From Chiloscyllium plagiosum (taxonomy: Eukaryota): 62,071 bases of DNA. The stretch lies in contig NC_057735.1 of the NCBI RefSeq assembly GCF_004010195.1, forward strand, positions 11,286,441 to 11,348,511, in the 5' to 3' direction. Positions 11,169 to 24,203 of this stretch are shown here, in pieces. The notes beneath the pieces are model-generated. The model searched no databases. It saw only the letters and a program-made list of their open reading frames with translations, and was not told the DNA's origin. Position 1 is the stretch's first letter. Each line of letters opens with the position of its first letter. A program made the translations under genes and the position numbers.

Positions 11169-11945
11169 GAACAGAGAAACATAGCAGCAGGAGCAGGCCA
11201 TTTGACCTCTCAAGCCTGCTTCTACTTTCAACATGATTACGGCTGATCATTGAGCTAATCCCACCTTCCCTCCAAGATACCCCTTGATTCCCTTCAACCA
11301 CAAGAACTATATCTAACTCCTTTTTGAAAACAGTCAATGTTTTGGCCTCAGCCACTTTCTGTGGCAGTGAACTGCACAGGCTCATCATTCCCAGGTTGAA
11401 GAAATTTCTCCCCATTTCAGTTCTAAAAAGGTTTACTACTTATCCTCAAACTGTGATACTTGATTCTGGAATCTCCCCACTATCAGGAACATCCGTCCTG
11501 CATCTAACCTGTCTAGTCTTGTTAAACTATATAGGTTTCTATGGGATCCTCCTCATTGTTCTCATCTCCTGTAAACACAATGCTAATTGGTTCAACCTCT
11601 CCTCATACGTCAGTCCTGCCATCTCAGGAATTAATAGACCTTTTGCTGCATCCCCTCCACAGCCAGAGCATCCTTCCTTAGACAAGGAAACCAATACTCC
11701 ACACTATATTCCAGATGTGACCTCACCAATGTCCTGTATAATTGCAGCAAGAAATCCTCGTCCCTGTACTTAAATCCTCTCACTATGAAAGCCAACAGCC
11801 AGTTTGTCTTCTTTACTGCCTGCTGCAGCTGTGTGCTTACTTCAAGCAACTGGTGCACTAGGACACCCAGGTCTCATTGAACATTCCTCTCTCTCAATTT
11901 ACACCCATTCAAATAATTATCTGTCTTCCTGTCTTTGCTACCAAA
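11169..11945 (-). mobile_element. CR1/HER1-type LINE 3' part
   Basis: Minus ORFs LLQLYRTLVRSHLEYSV.. and GRNFF..LCSSLPQKVAEA. Confidence 0.9.
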
Positions 11946-11971
11946 ACCTCACATGATACAACATCTGCCAT

Positions 11972-12600
11972 GCAGTACCATTGACAGGAAACTCAACTGG
12001 ACTTGCCACAGTGGCTACAGGAGCAGGTCAGAGCCTAGTAATACTGCCGTGAGTAACTCACCTCCTGACTCCCCAAAAGCCTATCCACCATCGACAAAGC
12101 AAAGGACAGGAGTACGATAGAATACCCCTCACTTGCCAAATGCATGCATTTCAACAACACACGAGCTTCGTACCGTCCAGAACAAGCAGCCCACTTAACA
12201 AGCATTATATCCACTCCCTCAATCAATCGCACTCAATAACAGTGGTGAACTATACCCAAGATGCACTGCAGAAATTCACCAAAGGTGTTTTAACAGCACC
12301 TTCCAAACCCACAATCACTTCCATCCAGACGGACACAAGCAGCAGATGCATGGGAACACCACCAACTGCAAGTTGCCCTCCAAGCCACTCACCATCCTGT
12401 CTTGGAAATATATTGTCATTCAATTACTGTCGCTGGGTAAAAATTCTGGAATTCCCTCCCAAAGGGCATTGTGGGTCAGCTTACAGCCCATGGGCTGCAG
12501 TGGTTTAAGAAGGCAGCTCACCACCACCCTCTCGACTGCAGCTAGGAACAGGTCAGAAATACTGGCCCAGCTAGCGATGCCCGTGTCCCACAAGTGAAGC
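11972..12600 (+). mobile_element. L2/CR1-clade LINE 3' fragment
   Basis: TIDRKLNWTCH; homologous to 2000-2690. Confidence 0.7.
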
Positions 12601-14439
12601 AAATAAATTTGCCCACTCATTAAGATTGGTCCAAATCACACTGCATCCTCCTCACACCTCACACTTCCACCAAGTTTGTGTCGTCTGCAACTTTTGAGAT
12701 ATTACATTTAGACACTTTCTCTCAATCGTTAACGTCTGTTATGAGAGGCTCGGGTTCTAGTACCGAATTCTAAGACGCCCCACCAGATACTACCTGCCTC
12801 TTGGAAAAAGACTTATTTATTCTCACCCTTTGTTTCCTGTCTGCTAACCAAATTTTCCATGAATCTCAGTACACTGTTCACAATCTCATGCACTTGAATT
12901 TTATACATTAACCTTCCACATTACACATGCATAGGAGTTCTTCCTGATACCCTCCATGCTGTAGTGAGGAGTTTTCTATTTTAAGATGCATTTGTAGAGT
13001 GGTTTCTGTTTCACGCAAATGCTCACTGTAAAGTAATTTTGAGGTAAAATACTGTAGAATTAATAAAGAAAGCAGCACAGTGATGACAAGGTCTGTCCCA
13101 GGCTTAAGGGAAACAAATGTGCCCTCTAGAGGCTGAATGAAAAATCTGCAATTTGTAATTAGGGAGATTCAGGGTCTTGGTGATGGTTTGTGATACAGGT
13201 TGTTCTGCAATAACGTACGTTTCATTAACATGAGTTCACTATAATGCGATTGATGAAGTGGGGACACTGTTCCTAAGGTGCAAAGCTTTAAAGCATGTAT
13301 TAGTCAAAACTCGATTCCAGCACCATTAGTTTAAATGATGCTTATAACATGGGATTGCATGAGAACGGAATGATCATGTGAAAGCAAATCTGACTAGATT
13401 CCTATTTCCTACTTCCTCCCTCATGCCAGAACTCAAAATCTGAAGAGTTGCATTCTTTCGCAACCACAGGCATTCCAAAGCATTTTACATCCAGTGATTA
13501 CTTTTGAAATGTCATTGCTGTTACCATGCAGAAAGCAAAGCAGCAAACCTGCACACAGCAACATTCCCACAAAACAGCACTGTATAAATCAAATCATCTT
13601 CTTTTTGTGATCTCCATTGAAGGATAAATATCAGAAAGGATGCTTGGGAAAAGTGCCTTGCCCTCCTTCGAATCAAGGAACCTTTAGCTCAGAGGCTAGG
13701 CATGGATTCAGATTATCAGCTCATCTGCTCCAGAGGTATATAATGATAACTCTGAACAAGGTCAATTCAATAATATCTGTACTCATCAGTGTTCGGTTTA
13801 GCTAGGTCATTCTTGTAGCTTGTGTGCAGGATGGATGCCCAACTACCAAAGACAGCAATCTGAGCAAGGAACCCTCAGTAGGTGACATCCCAAACTTGGG
13901 TGTGAAGACAGCATGAAAACTAAAGAAACCTTTATCATCAGGCAATGTTGAACTTTGCAAAGAATGAAATCAGAGCTCAGCACAAAGCCATCCATCCAAC
14001 CCATACACTGTGCAGTATTTGTAATCGGTTATGCAAACTGAGACTTGGCTAAACATCAAACATGAGAAAACACCCACTAGACTGGGAACTAGTCCTTTAA
14101 TTTTCCTCTTCTGCTGAACATTCACCCATCAAAGTGCTGAGAGAATCTATCACAACTCTTCCTGTGTAATGGAGGCTGCTCAGTACATCAGGCCTGCATT
14201 TGACAGGAAATGTCCTCAGTTGACTCCTGTTCGTTTGCTTGTGACCTTGTTTCTATATTACCTCATTACTGAACCTTTTGCAATGGGAGCAGTTTCTCCT
14301 TATTTTCTCAATCAAATCCCAATGATTTTTAAAGGTTGAGCTTAACTTTCTTGTTTTTGCCTCTATCAATAAAGCCTTCACTTTTTAACAGCTTTCTCAT
14401 CTTGTCCAGTCACCTTCAAAGGTTTGTATATGTAGTCAG

Positions 14440-14635
14440 TAAAGTACCATAGTCCTACCTGACCATAAAGCTGCTCTGTCATCAGAGAGAGAGGTGATTT
14501 AACCTGAGGGTCACCACATCTCAGGCGATGGGAGAGGTTAAGAAGGAGAGCCCTCAGCCAGTAAGGGAACCCACACAGTTGGGATCACTCTGCAACACAA
14601 ACCAGCCATCCAGCCAAATGAGCTAACTGACCCTA
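14440..14635 (-). mobile_element. tRNA-headed SINE (third family)
   Basis: Homologous to 20365-20590; the minus strand starts with a tRNA-like GGGTCAGTTAGCTCA.TTGG head. Confidence 0.55.
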
Positions 14636-14822
14636 TTATATGCATCCTGAATGTCTCTCAATTCTCACATCCAGTCTAAAACTGTACAATGTAGTTAATA
14701 TTGCCTGCCTCCATTCTTCTTTCCAAATGTAGAATTCACAATTCAACTTGTTATGTGTCATCTTCCATGTGCCTGCCCATTTCCTCAGTCTTCCTATGTT
14801 CTACTGAAATATTTTATACAGC

Positions 14823-15410
14823 CATAGAGTCATACAGCATGAAAACAGACCCTTCAGTCCAACCAGTCCATGTTGACTATATTCCTAAAATTAACTAGCC
14901 CCACCTACCTACACTTGGGCCGTTTCTCCCAAAGCTTTTCTATTCATGAATTTATCCAAATGTCTTTTCAATGTTGTAACTGTATCTGCATCCACCACAT
15001 TCTTTGGCTGTTCATTCCACTCATCAGTGACTCTCCGTGTAAAAAAATTTATCCCTCGCGACCTTTTTAAACCTTTCTCCTCACACCTTAAAAATATGCC
15101 CCCTAGTTTTGAACTCCCCAACCCTAGGGAAAAGACCCTTGTCATTAACCTTATGAGTTTATCATGATTTTATCAGCATCAATAAGGTCAACATACAACC
15201 TCCTATGCTTCGGTGAATAATGCCCCAGTTTTTCCATGTCTTTCCATGTCTCAAGCCCTCCAGTCCTGGTGACATTCTGGTAAATATTTTCTGAACCCTC
15301 TCCGGTTAATATCCTTCCTGTAACAGGGTGACCAGGACTGCACACAGTACTCCAGAAAAGGCCTAACCAATGTCCTGCATAGGTTCAATATTGTTGAGAT
15401 GTTCCAACTC
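14823..15410 (-). mobile_element. HER1/CR1 LINE 3' fragment
   Basis: LCRTLVRPFLEYCVQSWSP; NFFTRRVTDEWN; KRHLDKFMNRK. Confidence 0.9.
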
Positions 15411-15849
15411 CTCATTATGTATTTTTGCCACTGCAAAATTTTGAAATTTTGTCCTTTGCACCCCTGTCCAAATCATTTCTACATAAAGAATCCTAATATG
15501 GTGATGAGGTGAATGCTACTAAATACTTGTTTTCAATCAAAACAATGACCAACCTTCAAAACTTGAGTATTGCTGAAGGAAAGCACAATTTGTACAAGGT
15601 TATCATCTTGCCCTCATCAGAGAAATTCACAAGAATTTCTAATTTAAAGGGGAGAAGCAATAGAGAGTGTAAAATGTTATTTCCCTTTAAGTCAGTTTTT
15701 CTTGCAGATTGTCCTGACAACACTAAAAACCTTGTGTAAAATGTCTTTTGTCATTCACTATTACTCTCCCTTTCCTTTGGTCTAATTTGCATTCGCATTA
15801 GGATGGCTCTTTTATTTACATGTGCTCCAAAACTGCCAAAAACTCAGTT

Positions 15850-16420
15850 CTGTGGTACATCTGGAGCACTGTATGCAGGTTTTGTCCCTTTTAGATGTAG
15901 AAGGAAGTAATTGCATTGGACGCAATTCAGAAAAGGTTCATTTAATTCATCCCAGAGATAAAAGGCATGTTTTATGAAAAGAGATTAAGCAGTTTTGGCC
16001 TATACTTGCCAAAATTTTGAAGGGTGAGAGGAGATCTAATTGAGGTAAATCAGATGCTAAAGGAGATTGACAAAGTGGGCGCAGAACAGATGTTTCCCCT
16101 TGTGGGGCAAACTGGAATGAGAGGGCAGAGTTTTAGGCTCAGGGGTGACACATATAAAACAGAGACGCAGAGGAATTATTTCCCTCAAAGGGTCACAAGT
16201 TTGTGGAATTCACAATCACAAAGGGTGATGGAAACTGGGACACTGAATAAATTTAAGGAAGAGAAACAGATTTTTAATTAGTAATGGCTAACAAGATTAT
16301 GAAGAGCGGATAGGAAAGTGGAATTGAGGCTGAGATGACACCAACCATAAATCATTGTCAAATATTGGAGCAGGTTCGATGGACTGAAATGCTGATTCCT
16401 GCTCAGCATTCTTATGATCT
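15850..16420 (+). mobile_element. CR1 LINE 3' fragment
   Basis: RGDLIEV..RNYFPQRVTSLWNS. Confidence 0.85.
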
Positions 16421-17019
16421 TAGGTTTAAGTGGAATTTCTATCTTCTGTTATATCTATTTGTGGGTGTTTCCTATTGCTTATTATTTCATAATAAGCAGA
16501 AGGTTTTTAAAGGCACCAGTGGAAGATTATTTAGATTGGGTTAGGCTCAGGATCTCAAAAGGACTTGGATAACAAATTGTACTTACTGTCTAATAGAAAG
16601 GCCCAAAGAGATTTCTGGCATTTCCCAAGAAGCAGTTCTGTTGTTAAAACAAAGATAGTGAGATTTTGGGTATAAATTATTGCAATCTTTCCCATTCTGT
16701 CAGTTCATACAAAACTGCCACTGCTGGTTTCACGAGGGTTAAATATTGTTTAGTGAAAAGGAAGTTTTGAAATTATTTCATATTTCCTTTGCTTTTTTTT
16801 CTGCGTGTCACATGAAGCAACAACAGGAGTTAAGTATGCATTTATACGTCAAAAGCAAATGTCTATTGTCACAGTTTCAAAACGGATCTCCCCATTTTCA
16901 CCAGATAGAGGACACTTGCCTCCATCAGTATCCATTACGCTGTCCCAGTCCAAAAACCTGCCATTCAATTTACATGGCCAAGATATATTTGATGAACTGC
17001 CAGTTGTGAGAGAGTGGAG

Positions 17020-17345
17020 AAGTATTATAAATTCATGAGGGGTATAGATAGACTTAATGGTACATGTATTTTCCTTAGAATGGAGGATTCCAATACTAAG
17101 GGGCATATTTCTAAGGTGAGAGGAGAGAGTTTTAAAAAGGCATGGAAGGCAAAGCTTTTGCACAAAGGGTGATTCGCATGTGGAAAGAGCTTCCTGAGGA
17201 AGTGATAGTTATGGGTGCAATTGAAATGTTCAAAAGACACTTAGATAAGTACATGAACAGAGAAGGCGGGTGGGACTACTTAGTTTGGGATTATGTTCAG
17301 CATGGACTGGATGGACCAAAGGGTCTGTTTCTGTGCTGTATACTT
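17020..17345 (+). mobile_element. HER1/CR1 LINE 3' fragment
   Basis: FAQRVIRMWKELPEEV..FKRHLDKYMNR and a GGACCAAAGGGTCTGTTTC tail. Confidence 0.85.
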
Positions 17346-17354
17346 CTGAGGAAT

Positions 17355-17660
17355 CACTGGCTATGTCAGCATCTATTGTCCATCCCTAATTGCCTCGAGG
17401 GCAGTTTAAGAGTCTGCTACCTTACTGTGGGTCTGGAGTCACATGTGGGCCAGATCAGGTGAGGATGGCAATTTCTTTCCCTAAAAGACACTAGTGAACA
17501 AAATGGCCTTTTCCAACAATTGGCAATAGATCCATCATCATTGTTAGACTCCTAATTCCAGGTTTTTAAAATATTGAATTCAAATTCCACCATGTGCTAT
17601 AATGGTATTCGAACCTGAGAACCCTAGGATATTACCTGGCTGTCTGGATTGGGAGTCTAG
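17355..17660 (-). mobile_element. tRNA-derived SINE (second family)
   Basis: Homologous to 29930-30555 and 37900-38205; GGTTCGAA B-box on the minus strand; tail shared with the LINE at ~2630-2655. Confidence 0.7.
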
Positions 17661-17848
17661 TTACTTCTTACATTATTTATCATTGGGTTAGTAAAATGTT
17701 TGCTGCTAACATTTTTAAAAATGATTTTAAAAACAGGAGGAGGTTATGACAGGATGCCAAATTTGTATATCCTTTGAATTGCTTCCTAAAAGGCTGAGGG
17801 TGGAAATTAGGTGCCTCTTAATCTTAACAGGCAGGTTTGCATGATCAG

Positions 17849-18027
17849 GCAGGCAAAAGTGAGGACTGCAGTTGCTAGAAACCAGAGTTTAGATCAGTGG
17901 TGCTGGAAAAGCACAGCATCCGAGGAGCAGGAAAATCGATGTTTCAAGCAAAAGTCTTTCATCGGGAATCTTTCCTGATGAAGGGCTTTTGCCTGAAACG
18001 TTGATTCTCCTGCTCCTCAGATGCTGC
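17849..18027. mobile_element. Palindromic PLE-derived mini-element
   Basis: 17-bp TSD CAGGTTTGCATGATCAG at 17832-17848 and 18028-18044; hammerhead core CTGATGAAGGGCTTTTGCCTGAAAC at 17975-17999. Confidence 0.85.
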
Positions 18028-18533
18028 CAGGTTTGCATGATCAGTCTGTTGCATAGAACCCCAGGGCACAGTCCAGATCGTCATTCACCCATGCCCTGTT
18101 CAGATTTCATTGCGAGCTATCACTAACGTGGAGAAAGTGCCAGCTAATATCATCAAGAAGATGTCCCCAAGCCCAAAACTGACCTCCCACTTTGGAATGT
18201 ACAAAGACCTCCCATTATTTTGAATCACAAACCCTTCAGGGCTCCAAGTTTTACTTCAGGGTTTGAGTACAGAATTCAGGACTGGTGCCTTAGTGCAGTG
18301 CTGAGGGTGTGTTGCACTGTTCGAGGCCCCATCTTTCCAATGAGACATTAAACCAAAGTCCCATCTTCCTGGCCAAGTGAATGGAAAAGATCCCATGGCC
18401 TTGTTGAAAGAAACTTAGGGGAGTTAATTCCAGAATCCCAGTCAATGTTTGTCCCTCAACATCACACAAAAAAAATTAATTAACTGCTGATTACTTCATA
18501 GCATTTTTTAATAGCAATTTGCAAAATACATAT

Positions 18534-18877
18534 GGGCGGCATGGTGGCACAGTGGTTAGCACTGCTGCCTCACAGCGCCAGAGACCCGGGTTCAATTCCT
18601 GCCTCAAGCGACTGACTGTGTGGAGTTTGCACGTTCTCCCCATGTCTGCGTGGGTTTCCTCTGGGTGCTCCGGTTTCCTCCCACACTCCAAAAGATGTGC
18701 AGGTCAGGTGAATTGGCTATGCTAAATTGCCCGTATTGTTAGGTAAGGGGTAAATGTAGGGGTATGGGTGGGTTACGCTTCGGCGGGTCGGTGTGGACTT
18801 GTTGGGCCGAAGGGCCTGTTTCCACACTGTAAGTAATCTAATCTAATCTAATCTAATCTAATCTAATCTAATCTAAT
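18534..18877 (+). mobile_element. HE1-type tRNA SINE, full length
   Basis: GGGCGGCATGGTGGCACAGTGGTTAGCAC A-box, GGGTTCAATTCC B-box, HER1-shared tail and (TCTAA)n. Confidence 0.95.
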
Positions 18878-19943
18878 TATATATCCCTTCCATTCCAACA
18901 GTGACTGTACTCCATTATCAATAAAAGGGCTTTGATACATGCAATAGTTATGAAATAAGCCATATATTTTAAATTTTAAAGAAACTTTGAAATTTAAAAG
19001 TTAAAAATGAATCAATCAATAGAAATTTTCCATTTGGAAAATTTCTTAAAATTTTCTCTGCAACTTTCTCCCCATTTATTTTATTATTCAACAATACCAT
19101 TCTCCATGCATTTAACGATTTACTTTAAGCAAAATCATATTTTTTCCTTCTGATCAATTTGGGATTAGAAGCAAGATATACACAAGACTGATTTTTTTAA
19201 AAAGTGAGCAGACATTTTCAAAAACAATAAGAAAGGCAAGAACATTGGATATCAGTGAAGGGGCAATAAATATGGTTTGTAGTGTATTGTAATGGTGTCA
19301 GTTGGTAAAAATGTTCCAATTTTGAAATGGACTGCCTACTGAGCTAATGGGTACAGTTACTGAAGTAGTTTTCAAAAGGGAATTCAGTAACTGCTTGAAG
19401 AAGAAAAATAATTGCAGGGTTACGTGGAAAATCAGAGGCTTGGAATCTACTGGAACTAGCAGAGACTAGATTGGCCGAATCACCTCCTTCTACCCTATAG
19501 AATTTGTTTTATGTTGGAGGTCTCTGAGTTTGCTTTACTGAAGGAACCTCGAGTACCCAGCCCTCCTTATCACACCCCTTCCAGCATAAGGCAAGTCATG
19601 TAAATAATCACAGAAGGTCACTGATGTACATTTTTAAAATCATATTTCTTCCATATTTTGGCTGATCTTTCTTCTAATTTGTTGTGTAGCTTTTGCCCAT
19701 TGTATTGTGAAACATGAGTTGCACAAAGCATTGGTTAATACTTAAGCTTCTGCAAACAATTTATTGCTTAGTCCTCGAATATAGAGTCTTTTTTTTAACT
19801 AAGTTTCACAATCTTTACTTTTCACTAACTTCTAGTACGAGTTAAAACTATTGTTTTTTCTCCTTCCTATCAAGATGGATCTGGCAACATATATTTTTAC
19901 CCAATGTTAAATACTGATTTTTTTCTCATTCTTTATTACCCTA

Positions 19944-20280
19944 GGGGCAGCACGGTAGCTTAGTGATTAGCACTGCTGCCTCTCAGCGCCAGGGACCCAG
20001 GTTCGATTCTAGCCTTGGACGACTGTCTGTGTGGAGTTTGCACATCCCCCCTCCAGGTCTGTGTGGGTTTCCTCCAGGTGGTCTGGTTTCCTCCCATAGC
20101 CCAAAGATGTGCAGGTTAGGCTCAATTGGCCAAGCTAAATTGCCCACAGTGTAGGTTATTAGTCAGGGGTAAACACAGGGTGCGAGAATGGGTCTGGGTG
20201 GGTTACTCTTCGGAGGGTCAGTGTGGACTTGTTGGACCGAAGGGCCTGTTTCCACACTAAGGGATTCTGATTCTAATTCA
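19944..20280 (+). mobile_element. HE1-type SINE
   Basis: Homologous to 18534-18877, more diverged. Confidence 0.9.
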
Positions 20281-20364
20281 AATTAAATAATTACCACAAT
20301 AACAGATAGTACATTTTAAAGTATCTGATGATATATTTGTGACATGTTTGCTTTCATCTTGAAA

Positions 20365-20590
20365 AGGTAAAGTTGGCATAGACTTACCAGACCATAGGAC
20401 TGTTTGCTCACTGAAGAGAGATGATTGGTGGTGGTTTAACCAGAGACAACCACACCTCAGGCAAGGAGAGAGGTTGAGAAGGAAAGTCGTTTATGGTTGC
20501 CTCAGCCTATGCAGGAATTGAACATATACTGGCCGGTACCATGCTGCATCTTAAACTAGCTTTCCAGCCAACTGAGCTAACCAATCCCAC
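20365..20590 (-). mobile_element. tRNA-headed SINE (third family)
   Basis: Homologous to 14440-14635. Confidence 0.55.
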
Positions 20591-20677
20591 TTTCATAGCA
20601 TTTAAGAAGAAACACAATTGTTTTAATGAGCTTAATATTCCTTATATTAGTCTTTGTCTTAACTAATTCTCTGTTGT

Positions 20678-20800
20678 TACTGAAGAAAGGTTAGACCCGA
20701 AAAGTTGTCTTCTCTACCTCCTGATGCTGTCTGGCTTGCTGTGTTCTTCCAGCCTCCTGCTTGTCAACCTTGGATTCCAGCAACTGCAGTTTTTTTGTCT
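20678..20800 (+). mobile_element. PLE terminal-repeat relic
   Basis: CTGAAGA..GAAA core followed by GATGCTG.CTGGCTTGCTGTGTTCTTCCAGC. Confidence 0.6.
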
Positions 20801-21435
20801 CTTTATTACTAACCAGGCCAGCACTGATTAGTCATCTTAGTTATACTTGGCAAGTCCATGGTTGACCTTAAACCTGACGTTTTGTGGCCCATGTTGTGAA
20901 TATAGTGACTTTGACTGAGGGAAGATGAAGAGACAACAATTCATGTTCCTAGTGGCAATGTTGTGTGACCTGGAGTGGAGCATGAAGACAGGACATTCCT
21001 ATAAATTCTACCCTTCTAGGAGTTGGAAATCTCAAGTTTGAGAAATCCAATGGTTTTCCTCAGCAATCTTGACCCATGCCATTTTTCTCTCACATTTCCA
21101 CAGATCAGGAATGTTCAGTGTGCAAATTATGGTAAGATGGGCATCCTCATTATAAATCAAGGATGAAAATCCAATTTCCTCCCCAACACTGTTATGTCTT
21201 GTGACCCAGGAGTTTCAAAGTATATTAAAAACACATCAGGTGCAGACATTTGCGTAGAAACTGGAAAGCCTAGTGAGAAGTCAGGACTATTCCAAAATGT
21301 AAGTGCAAAGTGTGTCATTGGGCATTATATTATAATGTGAGTGTATTTTTAATGCACTGATTCAGCATAAGGATCTGTCCCTGAAAGGTGAATTGACTTT
21401 TCCAACTTATGCATTTGCTCACATACTTTACACTA

Positions 21436-21962
21436 CTTTTCCAATAGAAAAAGGACCATAATGCAATGCTTTTCCAATAGAGAAAGCACCACAATGCATT
21501 GCCTTTCCAATGGAGAAAGGACCATGATGCATTGCCTTTCCAATGAAGAAAGGACCATGATGCATTGCTTTTCCAATGGAGAAAGGACCATGATGCATTG
21601 CTTTTCCAAAGGAGAAAGGACCATGATGCAATGCTTTTCCAATTGAGAAAGGACCATGATGCAATGCTTTTCCAGTGGAGAAAGGACCATAATGCATTGC
21701 TTTATCAAAAGAAAAAGGACCATGACGCAATGCTTTTCCAATAGAGGAAGGACTGTAATGCATTGCCTTTCCAATGGAGAAAGCACCATAATGCATTGCT
21801 TTGCCAATGGAGAAAGGACCATGATGCAATGCTTTTCCAATGGAGAAAGCGCCATAATGCATTGCCTTTCCAATGGAGAAAGGACCATGATGCAATGCTT
21901 TTCCAATGGAGAAAAGACCATAATGCATTGCTTTTCAATGGAGAAAGTGCCGTAATGCAATG
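21436..21962. repeat. 33-bp minisatellite, ~16 copies
   Basis: Unit ~TTTTCCAATGGAGAAAGGACCATGATGCA(T/A)TGC; 11-aa periodic ORFs on both strands. Confidence 0.97.
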
Positions 21963-24074
21963 AAAAGTGTTTTAATGCTTCTTGTCATGCTGTCATCTAA
22001 ATTGCTCTGTAATTTTAAAGAAAAGCTGGTATTGTCACTTGAGAAAAACCTGACCATTGAGTATCTTATATTGATTGACAGAAACACTGTTTTGCAACTG
22101 AACTGAGCACTTTCCTCTTCTTTCCCAGAGACCAGTTGATTATTTAAGCATTTGGAACCGTTAGTATTACCGAATTAAGTTTCAAACATGAATGAATTTC
22201 AGCACAGTGGGTGCCCCTTTCACATGAAAATGAATGATCGTTTTTACTAATAGCTTATGACTTGATGCAGTTTCTGTTTTAATATAATCTAATAAAATTG
22301 TATGGTTTCATTAAAAAGTGTTTTCTTGTTTTGGCATGGACTGGTTGGACGAAAGGGTCTGTTTCTGTGTTGTATGGCTATGACTCTATGACTCTGGCTG
22401 GAAATGTTGGTTTCTCAATATATTTTCCAGTGAATGCAAAACATTTTCCATTAATTTTGCAGGAATCTGAGGACTGTACCTAGTATGTACAAAGTGACAG
22501 GCTATGGAGAGCTACAGAGTGTCATGGGTGCTCTGAGAGAGACGGTGGGGTACAGGCATAGACCCGGCTCTTCCTCAGAATAGGGTAATGGAATCTTTTT
22601 GAATCCACCCAAGTAGGCAGCTGACTTTAACACCTCATCTGAAATCTGGCACCTCTGGCAGTGCAGCACTCCTCCACTACTGCATCAGACTAGTAACCTT
22701 GTAACTGGAAGCTTATGATTTGGGAACACCAGGACTGTGAATGACACACATACACACATCAATTTTTTGAAGGCAGTCTGGCATCTGTTCAGAACAACTA
22801 GGGATGGACAATAAGTATGGCCAAGCAGATATTAATTACACTTTCAACAAAGAAAGTTACTTAAGTTTAGATATTTTACACTTCAGTCTATAAGGTACAA
22901 CCACACACATTCTAAACTAGGTTATGTAGCAACCCAAACTAATGCTTCAAGGTCATAGGCTTGAAGGTCAGTATATAACAGTTACTCTAATAAACAACTG
23001 TTTGATTCTTCAATACTACAACATCCACATCCAGTTTCTTATGTTGTGAGGGATAATATGAGCATCAGGTAACATAACCTGTTGGAGATAAAATCATATC
23101 AAACAGCACCTGCTCCAGGCCAATAATGGGTGGGCTATAAATACTGACCTCATCAGCTCTGACCATATTCTGTGAACGATTAACAAAGAAAACTCCAAGG
23201 TGAGAATTGAGCATATTTTCCTTTGGATATAATTAAGATTTTTATCCAAATCCATTCGATAGGCTGTTTTGTCAAAATAGCTGATTGCAGCATAATAGCA
23301 GCTGAAGGTTGTTATGATTTCAAGAAGGAATCAATATCAGCAAAAACTGTAACACATTACCAGAAACCAAAGAATTAGGGAAGTATTAAATATCCTTATT
23401 TATCATAGTTCTGGCAGCAAAAGAATGGACTTATTTAACTTAATTAATATTGCTGAGCCTTCCCAAATGGTTAATAGAAGTGCAGTCAGCCAAAGTCTGA
23501 TACCAGACCACACACACAGATATTAGTACAGGCATTCTGAAAGCATGATTAAAATGAAGTATTGTGGAGATTCTTGATGGACGACAGAGCAGATTTAGGA
23601 GGGAAATCTGGAGCTGAGGACCTAGAATGCTGAGGATACCACTACTAATGGTACAAAGAAGGGAGTTGAGTAAGAGGAACATAGAATTCATGGAGAGTTG
23701 TAGGATCAGATGTAATTATCAAGAAAAGAAGGCTGGGGAGAGATTGGGACACAATGATACTTGGTGACAAGATGACAATTTAAAATCTGACATACTGCTG
23801 GACCTTGAGTTAACTATTTTACATTGCAAAATGTTTTCCAGTGTAATACATATGTAATACATATGATTTTGTCAGCAGTTTTGGTAGGAGTTGTTATTAT
23901 AATGATAATAATTATAAGTCATTGAACAGAGTACAGAAATCCCACATGAAGTAATACAAGCCACATAACAGATCGTAGAAAAAGATTTCCATCTTTTGAA
24001 ACAAGTTGATTGGGATTTGATATTTCCTGCAGTTGCAAAAGCCAAAGGTATTTCTTAGTTATGCAGGACACTAC

Positions 24075-24203
24075 TCCTGATGAAGGGCATATGCCTAAAA
24101 CATCGATTCTCCTGCCCCTCGCTTGCTGCCTGACCTGCTGTGCTTTTCCAACAACACATCCTCGACTCTGATCTCCACCATCTGCAGTCCTCACTTTCTC
24201 CTC
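24075..24203 (+). mobile_element. PLE terminal-repeat relic
   Basis: CTGATGAAGGGCATATGCCTAAAAC ... CATCTGCAGTCCTCACTTTCTCC. Confidence 0.8.

Noticed and set aside
16425-16505. Hydrophobic stretch as the TM exon of an upstream receptor
   Set aside because: T-rich sequence that is hydrophobic in two frames, abuts a LINE tail and has only a weak donor
16805-17163. Overlapping ORFs of 77-104 aa
   Set aside because: No recognisable domain; partly inside a CR1 fragment
18534-18610. tRNA gene
   Set aside because: The A/B boxes are the head of an HE1-type SINE; the same applies to the other SINE heads
19638-19745. SIFWLIFLLICCVAF as a TM exon
   Set aside because: In-frame TAA immediately upstream with no intervening AG acceptor
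21436-21962. CRISPR array or repeat-protein gene
   Set aside because: Head-to-tail units without unique spacers in a vertebrate context; the ORFs arise because 33 is a multiple of 3
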